Below the pieces are notes generated by a model. That model had not been told where the DNA came from. It saw only the letters and a program-made list of their open reading frames with translations, and did no database searches. A program made the translations under genes and the position numbers. From an uncultured candidatus Porisulfidus sp. (GTDB lineage: Bacteria > Pseudomonadota > Gammaproteobacteria > Poriferisulfidales > Poriferisulfidaceae), in NCBI GenBank assembly GCA_965204575.1, contig OZ241993.1, positions 1,504,001 to 1,568,000 of the forward strand: a stretch of DNA of 64,000 nucleotides, read 5' to 3'. Positions 20,215 through 31,093 of the stretch are shown piece by piece. Numbering within the stretch: position 1 is the first letter of the stretch; each line of letters begins with the position of its first letter.

Positions 20215-20309
20215 GGATTTCCTCCTTATAGTTATTCGTGGGCGTTCCCCTGCCCTTGAATCGTTATCATACACCTATTGCCCCCTGCATCGATGACGGT
20301 TTTATTTCG

Positions 20310-21014
20310 ATGAGATTCCTGCTGCTTGCCCTTATTTTGTTCGGGCTGTTCCTTTTCCTGCGGTGGCAATACCGACAATCCCCCCGCAGGCTTTACCAGT
20401 GGCTTGCCGGTTTGGCGGGAATTGGCCTGATCGCCATGGTTCTAACCGGACGCGCCCACTGGATCGTCGCCGTGGTCGGCGGAATCCTGCCGTTTCTCGG
20501 CAAGGCCGCGATTTTGCTGCGCTGGCTGCCGTTCCTGTCCTGGGCGCGCCGCGCCTACGGTTCTTCCGCGATCCACCTGCAGACGGCATGGCTGGACTTG
20601 ACCATCGACCGGAGGACCGGTGCCATGGACGGCACCATCCGGCAAGGCGAATTCACAGGTCAAAAGCTATCTCAACTCAACCTTTCGCAACTGGAGAAGC
20701 TGCTGCAGGCTTGCGCGAGCGACCTGCAGTCCGCGGCACTCCTGCGCGCCTACCTCCAACGAACCCAGACGGGCTGGCAGGCCGGGGAAACTGCCGGTGG
20801 CGGCGGCACGGACGATTTCGAGGAGGCCGCCATGTCAGCGGAAACAGCCGCCCAGATCTTGGGTGTGCCCCTTGAGGCCCCGGAATCCGAAGTCCGTTCG
20901 GCACATCGCGCCCTTGCGCAGAAGCTTCATCCGGATCGAGGTGGAAACGACTATTTAACTCGTAAAATCAATCAGGCAAGAGATATTCTTATTAAGAGAC
21001 ACCAGACACGCTGA
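20310..21014 (+). CDS. Membrane-anchored J-domain protein
   Basis: N-terminal TM helices, C-terminal ILGV...KLHPDRGG...INQARD. Confidence 0.88.
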   Translation: MRFLLLALILFGLFLFLRWQYRQSPRRLYQWLAGLAGIGLIAMVLTGRAHWIVAVVGGILPFLGKAAILLRWLPFLSWARRAYGSSAIHLQTAWLDLTIDRRTGAMDGTIRQGEFTGQKLSQLNLSQLEKLLQACASDLQSAALLRAYLQRTQTGWQAGETAGGGGTDDFEEAAMSAETAAQILGVPLEAPESEVRSAHRALAQKLHPDRGGNDYLTRKINQARDILIKRHQTR

Positions 21015-21597
21015 CGGTAGAGGACTTGCGAATCCTCGCCAGCATGAGAGCGGCAAAGATCGACGCGTAGATGATTGGCTCCAGGTAATCCGCCTTGACC
21101 AGCCAGAAATAGTGCAGGAGCCCAGCGGTCGTCGCCACGTAGACCAGACGGTGAAGACGGTTCCAGGCATTTCCGAGAGCCCGCTGGGCGCGCCGGGTCG
21201 AGGTCAGCGCCAACGGCACCAGCAGGAGAAAGGCCGTCACGCCCGCGGTGATGAACAAGCGGTCCTGGATGTCCAGCCAGATTTCCTGCCAATCGAAGAA
21301 TTTGTCGAACCAAAGATAGGTTCCCAAGTGGATCGAGGCGTAGAAGAAAGCAAACAGTCCCAGCATCCGCCGGTAGCGCAGCAGCGCAGGTGCCCTCGTG
21401 ACACGGATCAAGGGCGTAATCAGCAAGGTCAGCAACAGGAACCGCAAGGTCCACGTCCCCGTGGACCGGGTCAGGGTTTCCAGCGGATTGACCCCCAAAG
21501 TGTTGGTCCAGGCACCATGGGTCAGGTCGATCGCCGGCACCAGGCACAGCAGAAAGAGCGCAGGCTTGACCCACCCTGCGGCTGTGGGCGTACGCAT
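20992..21597 (-). CDS. msrQ: Methionine sulfoxide reductase heme subunit
   Basis: RRMLGLFAFFYA..H, LALTS, WNRLHRLVY, LHYFW. Confidence 0.93.
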   Translation of the reverse strand: MRTPTAAGWVKPALFLLCLVPAIDLTHGAWTNTLGVNPLETLTRSTGTWTLRFLLLTLLITPLIRVTRAPALLRYRRMLGLFAFFYASIHLGTYLWFDKFFDWQEIWLDIQDRLFITAGVTAFLLLVPLALTSTRRAQRALGNAWNRLHRLVYVATTAGLLHYFWLVKADYLEPIIYASIFAALMLARIRKSSTVSVSGVS

Positions 21598-21598
21598 G

Positions 21599-22549
21599 TC
21601 AGAAGTACTTGTGCAGATCCATCCCGCTGTAGAGGTGCGCGACTTCCTCGGCATAGCCGTTGAACATCAGTGTCTTCCGTTTCCGGAACTCCCCGATCCG
21701 CCGTTCGCGCCGCTGGCTCCAGCGCGGGTGATTGACCTCGGGGTTCACATTGGAGTAGAAGCCGTACTCGTTTGGTGCGGCCCGATTCCAGGCCGTCGGG
21801 GGCTGCCCTTCGACGAACCGGATCCGCACGATGGACTTGATGCTCTTGAAGCCGTATTTCCAAGGCACGATGATTCGGATGGGGGCACCGTTCTGGTTGG
21901 GCAGCACCTGTCCGTACATGCCGACGGTCAGCAGCGTCAGCGGATGTATCGCCTCGTCGATCCGCAAGCCTTCGACGTATGGCCAATCCAGCACGTCGCG
22001 GCGTTGCCCCGGGAGGTTCTCCGGATCCAGGATCGTCTGGAAGGCCACGTAGCGAGCCTGCGACGTCGGCCGCAACTTCTTCAGCGCGGTCGCCAGCGGC
22101 ACACCGACCCACGGAATCACCATCGACCAGGCCTCCACGCAGCGAAGCCGGTAGATCCGCTCCTCCAACTGATCCATCGGCACCAGGTCTTCGACCGCAT
22201 AAGTTCCCGGGTTCTCGCAGTACCCCTCCACTTCGACCGTCCAAGGCTCGGTCTTCAGGGCTGCCGCATTGCGCGAGGGATCTTCCTTCTTGTAGCCCAG
22301 TTCGTAGAAATTGTTGTAGTGGGTCGCCGCATGCATCGGCGTCAGTTCCTCGTCGGTCGAATAGGAGCTGGACCGGGGCGTGCCGAGGGTCAGCCCGGCC
22401 TGAGCCCGTCCGCCAATCAACAGACCGCCCGCCAAGCCTGCTGCCCCAGCTGCACACTGCTGCATGAAGACGCGGCGCTGCCGGTAAATCTCCGAATCCG
22501 TCACCGCGGATTCCTTTTCGGCCGAGTGCTTGGGGATTCGAATCAGCAT
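21599..22549 (-). CDS. msrP: Methionine sulfoxide reductase Mo subunit
   Basis: Tat signal [34 protein letters not shown]. Confidence 0.96.
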   Translation of the reverse strand: MLIRIPKHSAEKESAVTDSEIYRQRRVFMQQCAAGAAGLAGGLLIGGRAQAGLTLGTPRSSSYSTDEELTPMHAATHYNNFYELGYKKEDPSRNAAALKTEPWTVEVEGYCENPGTYAVEDLVPMDQLEERIYRLRCVEAWSMVIPWVGVPLATALKKLRPTSQARYVAFQTILDPENLPGQRRDVLDWPYVEGLRIDEAIHPLTLLTVGMYGQVLPNQNGAPIRIIVPWKYGFKSIKSIVRIRFVEGQPPTAWNRAAPNEYGFYSNVNPEVNHPRWSQRRERRIGEFRKRKTLMFNGYAEEVAHLYSGMDLHKYF

Positions 22550-22559
22550 GCCGCTCCTC

Positions 22560-23324
22560 TCATCTGCGTATGTGACTGCAAATCGGACACTCCGGATCCG
22601 CAATCAGTTCCACTACGCGCCATTGTGCCTCCCTTGCGTCATAAAGCAACAGCCGGTTGTACAAGGGTTTTCCGATGGACAGCAGGCACTTGACCGCCTC
22701 GACCGCCTGCACGCTGGCCACCGCCCCGGCAACCGGACCCAGCACGCCGGTTTCCGAACAGCCCTCCTCCGGCACGGGCTCATCGCCAAACAGGCACTGG
22801 TAGCAAGCATCCCCTTCCTCTTGATTGCGAAACACCGCAACTTGACCCTCCATCCGGATCACCGCCCCGGAGACCAAGGGCGTCGCAGATTCGACGCAGG
22901 CCTGATTAATCGCCAAGCGGGTCTCGAAATTATCCGTGGCATCCACAACCAAGTCTGCCGCTTGAACTTGCTCTTGCAGCAAGCCGCCCTTCAGGTATTC
23001 GGCGACGGTATCAATGCGAATCTCAGGGTTCAGTTCCTCCACGACCCGCCGGGCTTCCTCGGTCTTGGCATGGCCCACGCTGGATGTCCCGTACAGAATC
23101 TGGCGCTGGAGGTTCTCCAGTTCAACGCGGTCCGGGTCGGCCAGGGTCAGCCGCCCCACGCCGCAAGTCGCCAGATACATGGCGAGCGGGGAACCCAGCC
23201 CCCCCAGGCCGACCAACAGGACACGGGACTCGAGCAGGCGCTGCTGCCCCTCGATGCCGATCTCCGGCAAGACGATTTGCCGGTTGTAGCGTAAGAGTTG
23301 CGGGTCGCCCAGTTCCGCGCCCAT
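22560..23324 (-). CDS. moeB: MoeB/ThiF adenylyltransferase
   Basis: RYNRQI, GLGGLGS, NLQRQ, CYQC and CPIC. Confidence 0.88.
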   Translation of the reverse strand: MGAELGDPQLLRYNRQIVLPEIGIEGQQRLLESRVLLVGLGGLGSPLAMYLATCGVGRLTLADPDRVELENLQRQILYGTSSVGHAKTEEARRVVEELNPEIRIDTVAEYLKGGLLQEQVQAADLVVDATDNFETRLAINQACVESATPLVSGAVIRMEGQVAVFRNQEEGDACYQCLFGDEPVPEEGCSETGVLGPVAGAVASVQAVEAVKCLLSIGKPLYNRLLLYDAREAQWRVVELIADPECPICSHIRR

Positions 23325-23330
23325 GATGGC

Positions 23331-23654
23331 TCAGGATGCCTGTTTGGCCTTTTCCCTGGCTTCGAACGCCGCCATCTGCTCTGGAGTGGCCTCTTTCTGA
23401 TACCGGGACTTCCATTCGGCATATGGCATGCCGTAGACGATTTCCCGGGCCGCGTCATAATCCAGGGCCACGCCTTGCTCTTCTGCCGCGGCCACATACC
23501 ATTTGGAGAGACAGTTCCGGCAGAAGTCCGCCAGGTTCATCAAGTCGATATTCTGGATGTCGGGCTTGCTTCTCAGGTGCTCAACGAGGCGCCGATAGAC
23601 GGCCGCCTCGATCGCCTCGCGCTGGTTCTCGGAAATGTCGGAAGTCGGGCTCAT
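23331..23654 (-). CDS. DUF1244 family protein
   Basis: QNIDLMNLA.FCRNCLSKWY, ARE.VYGMPY.EWK. Confidence 0.9.
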   Translation of the reverse strand: MSPTSDISENQREAIEAAVYRRLVEHLRSKPDIQNIDLMNLADFCRNCLSKWYVAAAEEQGVALDYDAAREIVYGMPYAEWKSRYQKEATPEQMAAFEAREKAKQAS

Positions 23655-23753
23655 GGTGCTGGCAGGTTTGCTCTCGACGGGATTCCAGTATAACCCGCGC
23701 ACCCGCGCCTCCCCCGTACAATGAACCCGTCCGGCAAACGTTTCGATGATGCC

Positions 23754-24338
23754 ATGTCCGCACCCTCAGTCCAGCCTCCTCCGCTGACCGGCATGATCCT
23801 TGCCGGTGGCAAGGCGCGCCGCATGGGCGGACAGGACAAGGGGCTGATCCCCTACCAGGGGCGCCCATTGATCGCCCATGTCCTCGAGCGCCTCGAACCG
23901 CAAGTCCAGGCCATTCTGATCAACGCCAACCGCAGCCACGACCAGTACGCGCAGTTCGGTCACCCCGTGATCGCGGATGCAGAGGATGGATTCCTGGGGC
24001 CGCTTGCCGGCATTCTCGCCGGATTGCGTGCGGCTCAGACGGAACTGCTGCTGTGCGTCCCCTGCGACAGCCCGGAGATCGGCCCGGACCTGGCAGCCAA
24101 GCTCGCCTCTCCTTTCGCGCAGGCAGGGGCCCGGGTCGCCGTCGCAAGTTGTGCCGGGCGCCTGCAGCCGGTCTTCGCGGTGCTGCATACGGATCTTTCG
24201 GAGGCCCTGGACGACTTTCTCCGCCACGGCGGGCGTAAAATTGACGAATTCTATGGCGCGCAAGGCTTCGAGGAAATCTCTTTCGAAAACCCCGATGAAT
24301 TCCGAAACATCAACACCCACGAGGAATTGAGGCTCTGA
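23754..24338 (+). CDS. mobA: Molybdenum cofactor guanylyltransferase
   Basis: ILAGGKARRMGGQDKG, GPLAG, PCDSP, NINT. Confidence 0.95.
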   Translation: MSAPSVQPPPLTGMILAGGKARRMGGQDKGLIPYQGRPLIAHVLERLEPQVQAILINANRSHDQYAQFGHPVIADAEDGFLGPLAGILAGLRAAQTELLLCVPCDSPEIGPDLAAKLASPFAQAGARVAVASCAGRLQPVFAVLHTDLSEALDDFLRHGGRKIDEFYGAQGFEEISFENPDEFRNINTHEELRL

Positions 24339-24853
24339 TGGACGCCCAATCCCTTACCCTTCTGGGCTTCGCGGCCTTCAGCGGAACCGGGAAAACCGAG
24401 TTGCTGACCCGGTTGGTGCCGATTCTGGTGGAGCAGGGATTGCGGATCGGCATGGTCAAGCATGCCCACCATGCGTTCGACGTGGACCAACCGGGAAAGG
24501 ACAGTTACCGGCTGCGCAAGGCCGGTGCCAGGGAAATGCTGATTTCTTCGGGCCGCCGCTGGGCCTTGATGCATGAACTGGGCGAGGATGAAGAGGAAAT
24601 GACCCTCGCCCAACTTCTGCCGAAACTGGATGCCGCATCACTTGATTTGATCCTGGTGGAAGGCTTCAAGCGTGAAGCTTTCCCAAAAATCGAGCTGTGC
24701 CGGCCGGACCTGGGACATCCCTACCTGTATCCAGATGATTCCAACATCATCGCCTTGGCGACCGATGCACCCCCTCCGCCCGGACTGACGCTACCGCATC
24801 TCGACCTGAACGACCCCCCTGCCATCGCTGCTTTTATCCAGACGCTGCTGTAG
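24338..24853 (+). CDS. mobB: Molybdopterin-guanine dinucleotide biosynthesis protein B
   Basis: SGTGKT, KHAHH.FD.D.PGKDS, LVEGFK. Confidence 0.95.
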   Translation: MDAQSLTLLGFAAFSGTGKTELLTRLVPILVEQGLRIGMVKHAHHAFDVDQPGKDSYRLRKAGAREMLISSGRRWALMHELGEDEEEMTLAQLLPKLDAASLDLILVEGFKREAFPKIELCRPDLGHPYLYPDDSNIIALATDAPPPPGLTLPHLDLNDPPAIAAFIQTLL

Positions 24854-25019
24854 CAGAACGGCCGGCTCCAGCATCCCGTTTCGTCCGGTTGAATCCTCTC
24901 GCGCAGCCGGCATGCAACAAAACAGCCACTTCTTGCGTGTAAAATAACTTTTCCAAAAATCTCGTCCAGAAGTTCGCGTAGACCGAAAATGCGCGAAGGG
25001 TGTTGGATTTGGAATATTT

Positions 25020-26306
25020 ATGCCCGAGCGAAAAATCAAGTTGACCAACGGCGGAAAGGAAGTCGAACTGTCGATCGCCGAATCGACCGAAGGGCCGGCG
25101 GCGGTCAACATCAGCAATCTGTACAAGAAACGGGGGTATTTTTCGCTGGATCCCGGATTCGTCTCCACGGCCAGTTGCCGGAGCCAGATCACCTACATCG
25201 ACGGAGACCTCGGCCTTCTGCGCTATCGCGGCTATCCAATCGAACAGCTCGCGGAATCCGGCAACCACATCGAAACGGCCTACCTGCTGCTCCACGGCGA
25301 GCTTCCGACACAGAATCAACTGGACACATTCGCCCAAGAAATCAAGTCGGAAACAAAGATTCCCGCGGGTTCGTGGGAACTCATGCAGGCTTTCGAGAAA
25401 GAGGCCCATCCGATGGCCATGCTGATGGCCGGGCTGGCCCATCTCGCTTCGATCTATCACTCCGAACTGGACGTGTTCGACGAGGCGTACCGCCAGCGCA
25501 TGGCGCGGCGATTGATTGCGCAGGTCCCGGTCCTGGCGGCGCTCGGGTATCGCTATCGAACCGGCCAGGATCCCATCGACCCCGACCCGGAACTCGACTT
25601 TACGCCCAATTTCCTCCACATGATGTTCGGCGCAGAGCCCGACCCCCTCTTCTCGCACGCCATGGACATCCTGTTCCTCCTGCATGCCGACCACGAACAG
25701 AACGCCTCTACGTCCACGGTCCGGCTGTCCGGCAGTTCCGAAACCAGCCCGGTCGCGGCCGTCGCCGCGGGCGTGGCCACGCTTTGGGGGCCGTCGCACG
25801 GCGGCGCCAACGAGGCCGTGATCCAGATGCTGGAGGAAATCCATGCTTCGGGGGTCTCGGTCGAGAAATACGTCGAACAGACCAAGAGCAAGGAAAGCCA
25901 TGCCCGCCTGATGGGCTTTGGACACCGGGTCTACAAGAATTACGATCCGCGTGCGAAGCTAATCCAGAAAATCTGCTACAGCCTGCTGGAAAAGCATGGA
26001 GAAGGCAACCCGAACTGCCCGCTCCTGGAAACCGCCATGGCCTTGGAGCAGGCGGCCTTGAACGACGAATATTTCGTGGTTCGCAAGCTGTACCCGAACG
26101 TCGACTTCTACTCGGGCATCATCCTCAGGACCATGGGGATCCCCCTGGACATGTTCACGGTCATCTTCGCCACCGCCCGAACATCGGGCTGGGTCGCGCA
26201 CTGGCTCGAGATGATGGCGGACAAGCAGTTCCGGATCGGCCGCCCCCGCCAACTGTATACCGGACACACCCAGCGAGACTACGTCGCGCTCGACCAGCGC
26301 GGCTGA
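25020..26306 (+). CDS. gltA: Citrate synthase
   Basis: HADHEQNAST, HGGANE, MGFGHRVYK, YPNVDFYSG. Confidence 0.97.
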   Translation: MPERKIKLTNGGKEVELSIAESTEGPAAVNISNLYKKRGYFSLDPGFVSTASCRSQITYIDGDLGLLRYRGYPIEQLAESGNHIETAYLLLHGELPTQNQLDTFAQEIKSETKIPAGSWELMQAFEKEAHPMAMLMAGLAHLASIYHSELDVFDEAYRQRMARRLIAQVPVLAALGYRYRTGQDPIDPDPELDFTPNFLHMMFGAEPDPLFSHAMDILFLLHADHEQNASTSTVRLSGSSETSPVAAVAAGVATLWGPSHGGANEAVIQMLEEIHASGVSVEKYVEQTKSKESHARLMGFGHRVYKNYDPRAKLIQKICYSLLEKHGEGNPNCPLLETAMALEQAALNDEYFVVRKLYPNVDFYSGIILRTMGIPLDMFTVIFATARTSGWVAHWLEMMADKQFRIGRPRQLYTGHTQRDYVALDQRG

Positions 26307-26313
26307 TCCCGGC

Positions 26314-27465
26314 TCAAATCCCGGCAAAAAATTCCTGCACGACGGGCGAGAAGCGTTCGGCGTCGACCAGGAACGAGTCGTGACCCTGGATGGACGGGAG
26401 CACGACCAGTTCGGCTCCGCGCCCAGCCTTTTGCAAGCCGGCCACGATTTCTTTCTGCTGCTCAAGCGGGAAAAGGATGTCACTCTCCACGCCGACCACC
26501 AGGGTCTTGCGCACGTGGACCCGGGCCAGCCCGGCATTGACCGTGCCGCCATGCTCGGCGACATCGAACAGGTCCATCGCCCGGGACAGGTACAGATAAC
26601 TGTTGGCATCGAACGTGCCAATGAATTTCTTCGCGTTATACTCCAGGTAGGACTCCACTTCGAACTCGACGCCGAACATGTCGTCCGAGGCACGGTGCTC
26701 CGGCACCCGGGCCCGATTGAAGCGCTGCCGCCATTCCTGAGCCGCCCGATAGGACATCAGGCCAAGCTTCCGCGCCAAGCGCATCCCGCAGAGTGGTTCG
26801 GCATCCAGTTCGTAGTTGCCGCCCTTCCAGTCCGGGTCGCAGCGAATGATCTCCCGCTGCAGCGACCGCACCGCAATCGTGAATGGCAAGGCCCGGCAGG
26901 CCGCTGAAATCACCAGGAGATAGTCCAGCTCGTCCGGATACTGCAACGCATAGGCCAACGCAGACATGCCGCCCATGGAGGGGCCGACGACGGTATGGAC
27001 ATGATCCACGCCCAGTTCGCGCATGGCATGGTGCCCGGCCTTCGCAATGTCCTCGATCGACAGTTCCGGAAATCTCCCGCCGTAGGGCTGGCCGGTCACC
27101 GGGTCGCAGGAGGAAGGCCCCGTCGAGCCGAAGCAGCTGCCCAGAGAGTTGACGCAGACCACGAAAAATCGATCCGTGTCGATCGCCTTGCCAGGCCCGA
27201 CCATGTATTCCCACCAGCCAGCCGTGTCGTCTTCTTCATTGGACGCGGCATGGGCGGTCGGGGACAGCCCGGTGAAGATCAGGACCGCGTTGTCCTGATT
27301 TCGCGACAGGGTTCCCCAGGTCTCATAGCCGACCTGGACCTGGGCCAGGCGGCCGCCACGATGCATCACGAAATCGGTTTGCCCGTAATCCCCGGGCAAG
27401 TCGAGGATGCGGGTCGCCGGCGGCGTGCGGTTATGCGCGCAGGGCTGGAAGTCGGGATGAGTCAT
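26314..27465 (-). CDS. metX: MetX-family O-acyltransferase, probably serine-specific
   Basis: YETWG, TGLSP, GPSMGG, GHDSFL. Confidence 0.88.
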   Translation of the reverse strand: MTHPDFQPCAHNRTPPATRILDLPGDYGQTDFVMHRGGRLAQVQVGYETWGTLSRNQDNAVLIFTGLSPTAHAASNEEDDTAGWWEYMVGPGKAIDTDRFFVVCVNSLGSCFGSTGPSSCDPVTGQPYGGRFPELSIEDIAKAGHHAMRELGVDHVHTVVGPSMGGMSALAYALQYPDELDYLLVISAACRALPFTIAVRSLQREIIRCDPDWKGGNYELDAEPLCGMRLARKLGLMSYRAAQEWRQRFNRARVPEHRASDDMFGVEFEVESYLEYNAKKFIGTFDANSYLYLSRAMDLFDVAEHGGTVNAGLARVHVRKTLVVGVESDILFPLEQQKEIVAGLQKAGRGAELVVLPSIQGHDSFLVDAERFSPVVQEFFAGI

Positions 27466-27923
27466 GTGCCGCCTCCGGAATTCGGCGCTAGATGATAGCC
27501 CCGTCGAAGGCAATCCCGCAACCAGTCGAACAGGAACCGGTTCCCGGAATAGCGGCGGGACAGCCATTCCTCCCGGGGGCTTCCTTCCGGAACCGGATTC
27601 GGGAGCAGCGGAGCCCCGCGGCGGGCCAGCAGTTCGACCTGCCGGGAGTCCCGGTACAGACGCAACTGTACATCCGGTGAGAATTCCGCCCCGTCCCGGC
27701 GGCAAGCCAACCCCAGCGTGGCCGTATGCCGGGCATGCTCGTAGAACACCAGTTGCAGCGGGGGCCGGCCCGGCAGGGAGTCGTCGAGATACGCATGAGG
27801 CTGCATGGCGGGGTTGCGCAGCGATGGGCACAGGGCGAGCAGGCATTGGTAGTTGGCGTCGTAGAGCGCCATCAACACGGCAGGCTGCGGGATGGCGGCC
27901 AAGGAGGTGGAGAATTCAGTCAT
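27462..27923 (-). CDS. DUF1249 family protein
   Basis: LMALYDANY..L, ARHT, RLYRD, NRFL.DWL..CL. Confidence 0.75.
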   Translation of the reverse strand: MTEFSTSLAAIPQPAVLMALYDANYQCLLALCPSLRNPAMQPHAYLDDSLPGRPPLQLVFYEHARHTATLGLACRRDGAEFSPDVQLRLYRDSRQVELLARRGAPLLPNPVPEGSPREEWLSRRYSGNRFLFDWLRDCLRRGYHLAPNSGGGT

Positions 27924-28164
27924 GATCCGGCGTGCCTGTACGTATTTTCCTCGCGACCGACTCCATCTCCGGGTCCGGGGCGGCTTGTGCCCCCAGGAAC
28001 ATTGCCTGGAGTTCAGGGTCCGGGCATTCCAGCAGCCGCGCGAATGCCGCTCGCTCGGCGGTAGAGGCCCGAGGATATTCTTGATCCAGATACCGCATCA
28101 GCATGAGATCCAACTCCCGAGTGCCACGCCGGCAGTTCCAGCGTAACCGGTCCTGCTCCGACAT
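27916..28164 (-). CDS. sdhE: SDH FAD assembly factor
   Basis: LRWNCRRGTRELD motif; follows sdhB. Confidence 0.93.
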   Translation of the reverse strand: MSEQDRLRWNCRRGTRELDLMLMRYLDQEYPRASTAERAAFARLLECPDPELQAMFLGAQAAPDPEMESVARKIRTGTPDHD

Positions 28165-28165
28165 G

Positions 28166-28948
28166 TCAGGACTTGCGCAAGGCCACCATTTTCTTGATTT
28201 CGGCGATGGCCCGCGCAGGATTCAGCCCCTTGGGACAGGTCTGGGTGCAATTCATGATCGTGTGGCAACGGTACAGCTTGAAGGCATCCTCCAGGGACTC
28301 CAGCCGTTCGTCCGTCGCCTGGTCGCGACTGTCCGCGAGCCAGCGCCATGCCTGCAGCAAGGCCGCAGGCCCCAGGTACTTGTCTGGATTCCACCAGTAG
28401 CTCGGGCAACTGGTGGAGCAGCAGGCGCACAGGATGCACTCTTCCAGGCCATCCAGCCGGGCACGCTCCTCCTTCTGCTGCAGACGTTCGCGTTCCGGTT
28501 CGTCCGCGCCATTCTTCAGCCACGGTTCCACGGCGGCGTACTGCCGGTAGAACCCCGACAGGTCCGTCACCAGGTCCCGGACCACCGGCATGTGCGGCAG
28601 CGGATAGACCCGGATGTCCCCCTTGAACTGGTCCACCCCGCAGGTGCACGCCAGGGTATTGCGTCCATTGATGTTCATGGAGCAGGAACCGCAGATTCCC
28701 TCGCGGCAGGAGCGGCGGAACGACAGGGTCGGGTCGACCTCGTTCTTGATCTTGATGAGCACGTCCAGGATCATCGGGCCGCACTGGTCCAGGTCCACTT
28801 CGTAGTGGTCCAGTCTCGGGTTCTCCCCTTCGTCCGGCTCGTAGCGGTAGACCTGGAACGACCGGACGTTTTCGGCACCCGACGGTGCTGGATACCGGCG
28901 TCCGTCCTTGCGCACGACCGCATTGGCAGGAAGGGTGAATTGAGCCAT
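28166..28948 (-). CDS. sdhB: Succinate dehydrogenase Fe-S subunit
   Basis: [33 protein letters not shown]. Confidence 0.98.
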   Translation of the reverse strand: MAQFTLPANAVVRKDGRRYPAPSGAENVRSFQVYRYEPDEGENPRLDHYEVDLDQCGPMILDVLIKIKNEVDPTLSFRRSCREGICGSCSMNINGRNTLACTCGVDQFKGDIRVYPLPHMPVVRDLVTDLSGFYRQYAAVEPWLKNGADEPERERLQQKEERARLDGLEECILCACCSTSCPSYWWNPDKYLGPAALLQAWRWLADSRDQATDERLESLEDAFKLYRCHTIMNCTQTCPKGLNPARAIAEIKKMVALRKS

Positions 28949-28967
28949 GGTCCGGTTCTTTCTCGTG

Positions 28968-30758
28968 TCAGTATACGCGGGCTTTCGGCGGGATCACTTC
29001 CACCTCGTCATCCAGAGTATGCAAGCGCACATCCCGGTATTCGATGCGGCATGATCCCTGTTCGCCGAACCAGCAGACCGTGTGCTTCATCCATTCGTCG
29101 TCATTGCGCTCCGGGTAATCTTCCCGGGCATGGGCGCCGCGGCTCTCCAGGCGGTTCAACGCGGACTCCAGCGTCATCAGCCCCTGCGGCAGCAGGTTCT
29201 GCAGTTCCAGGGTCTCCACGAGATCGGTATTCCATATCATGGATCGGTCGCTGACCTGAATGTCGCCGAAAGCCTGATTTGCGGCCCGGACCTGCTCCAG
29301 GCCATCCTTCAACGTTTCGCCGGTGCGGAATACTGCCGCGTGCTTCTGCATGATGCGTTGAAGCTGCAGGCGGAGTTGCGCGGTCGGAGTGTCGCCGTTG
29401 GCATGGCGAACCTTGTCGAACTGATCCAGGATCCGCTCCACTGCCGAGGGAGGCGCTTCCGGGTGAGCACCACCCGGCGTAATGATTTCCGTCGCCCGTA
29501 TGGCCGCCGCGCGGCCGAAGACGACCAAGTCGAGCAAAGAGTTGGAGCCCAGGCGGTTCGCCCCGTGTACCGAAACGCAGGCCGCCTCCCCGATGGCCAT
29601 CAATCCCGGCACCACCGCATCGGGGTTCCCATCCCGCACCGTCACCACTTCGCCTTTGTAGTTGGTCGGAATGCCGCCCATGGTGTAGTGCACCGTCGGC
29701 AAGACCGGGATCGGCTCACGAGTCACGTCGACCCCAGCGAAGATGCGTGCCGATTCCGCGATGCCGGGCAGGCGCTCCTTGATGACGTCGGCACCGAGGT
29801 GTTCCAGATGCAAGTGGATATGGTCCGCTTCAGGGCCACAGCCTCGCTCTTCGTTGATCTCGATGGTCATCGAGCGGCTCACCACGTCGCGCGACGCCAA
29901 ATCCTTGGCGTTCGGCGCGTACCGTTCCATGAAACGTTCGCCCTTGCTGTTGGTCAGGTAGCCTCCCTCTCCCCGCACGCCCTCCGTAATCAGGCAACCG
30001 GCGCCATAAATGCCGGTCGGATGGAATTGCACGAATTCCATGTCTTGCAGGGGCAGCCCGGCCCGTTGCACCATGCCGTTGCCGTCCCCGGTGCAGGTAT
30101 GTGCCGAGGTGCAGGAGAAATAGGTTCGCCCGTATCCTCCCGTCGCCAGCAACACCGTGTGGGCGTGGAAATGGTGCAGTTCCCCAGTCGCAAGATCCCA
30201 GGCGACCACGCCGCAGCACCGGCCGTCGTCGTCCATGACCAGATCCATGGCGAAGTATTCGATGAAGAATTGGGCCTGGTGTTTGAGAGACTGCTGATAC
30301 AGCGTGTGCAGGATGGCGTGACCGGTTCGGTCTGCGGCAGCACAGGTGCGTTGCGCGATCCCCTCGCCGAAATGCGTCGTCATGCCGCCGAAGGGACGCT
30401 GGTAGATCTTGCCTTCGTCCGTCCGTGAAAACGGGACGCCGTAATGCTCCAGCTCGATGATGGCCGGAATGGCTTCGCGGCACATGTACTGGATGGCGTC
30501 CTGATCGCCCAGCCAGTCGGAACCCTTGACCGTGTCGTACATGTGCCAGCGCCAATCGTCCGGGCCCATGTTGCCGAGCGCGGCGCTGACCCCGCCCTGC
30601 GCGGCGACCGTGTGGCTGCGAGTCGGGAACACCTTGGTGATGCAGGCGGTCGACAAGCCCTTCACGGCCATGCCCAAAGTCGCGCGAAGGCCGGCCCCGC
30701 CGGCGCCGACCACCACGACATCGTAATGATGCTCGATCAGTTTGTAGGCGTCAGTCAT
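28968..30758 (-). CDS. sdhA: Succinate dehydrogenase flavoprotein
   Basis: [27 protein letters not shown]. Confidence 0.98.
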   Translation of the reverse strand: MTDAYKLIEHHYDVVVVGAGGAGLRATLGMAVKGLSTACITKVFPTRSHTVAAQGGVSAALGNMGPDDWRWHMYDTVKGSDWLGDQDAIQYMCREAIPAIIELEHYGVPFSRTDEGKIYQRPFGGMTTHFGEGIAQRTCAAADRTGHAILHTLYQQSLKHQAQFFIEYFAMDLVMDDDGRCCGVVAWDLATGELHHFHAHTVLLATGGYGRTYFSCTSAHTCTGDGNGMVQRAGLPLQDMEFVQFHPTGIYGAGCLITEGVRGEGGYLTNSKGERFMERYAPNAKDLASRDVVSRSMTIEINEERGCGPEADHIHLHLEHLGADVIKERLPGIAESARIFAGVDVTREPIPVLPTVHYTMGGIPTNYKGEVVTVRDGNPDAVVPGLMAIGEAACVSVHGANRLGSNSLLDLVVFGRAAAIRATEIITPGGAHPEAPPSAVERILDQFDKVRHANGDTPTAQLRLQLQRIMQKHAAVFRTGETLKDGLEQVRAANQAFGDIQVSDRSMIWNTDLVETLELQNLLPQGLMTLESALNRLESRGAHAREDYPERNDDEWMKHTVCWFGEQGSCRIEYRDVRLHTLDDEVEVIPPKARVY

Positions 30759-31093
30759 GCCAGGAAATGCAGGAGCCCCGCAAAGGCGGCAACGAGGGAA
30801 AGGAGGAGGATCAGTTGGGTGATGCGGTGCACGCTCCGGTTCCAGCCCGGATCGCTGACATAGTCGTCGATGATGACTTCAAGGCCGAGTTTGGCATGGT
30901 AGAGCGATGCCGGGAAGAACAGGCCCAGCCAGAGAACGGTGTCGCCCTGCCCGACCCATTGCCCAAAATGAGCCAGGTCCGCCAGGTTTCCGCTGCCCAG
31001 AGAGTAGATCAGCCAAACCGACAGGGGAATCAACGCGACTGAGGTGATCCGCTCCAACCACCAGTGCCGCCGTGCCGCGCCGGACCCGCTCAT
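30755..31093 (-). CDS. sdhD: Succinate dehydrogenase membrane anchor
   Basis: [22 protein letters not shown]. Confidence 0.9.
   Translation of the reverse strand: MSGSGAARRHWWLERITSVALIPLSVWLIYSLGSGNLADLAHFGQWVGQGDTVLWLGLFFPASLYHAKLGLEVIIDDYVSDPGWNRSVHRITQLILLLSLVAAFAGLLHFLA

Noticed and set aside
26314-27846. 510-aa MetX with N-terminal extension
   Set aside because: Extension overlaps the DUF1249 gene; coupled ATG at 27465 is more plausible
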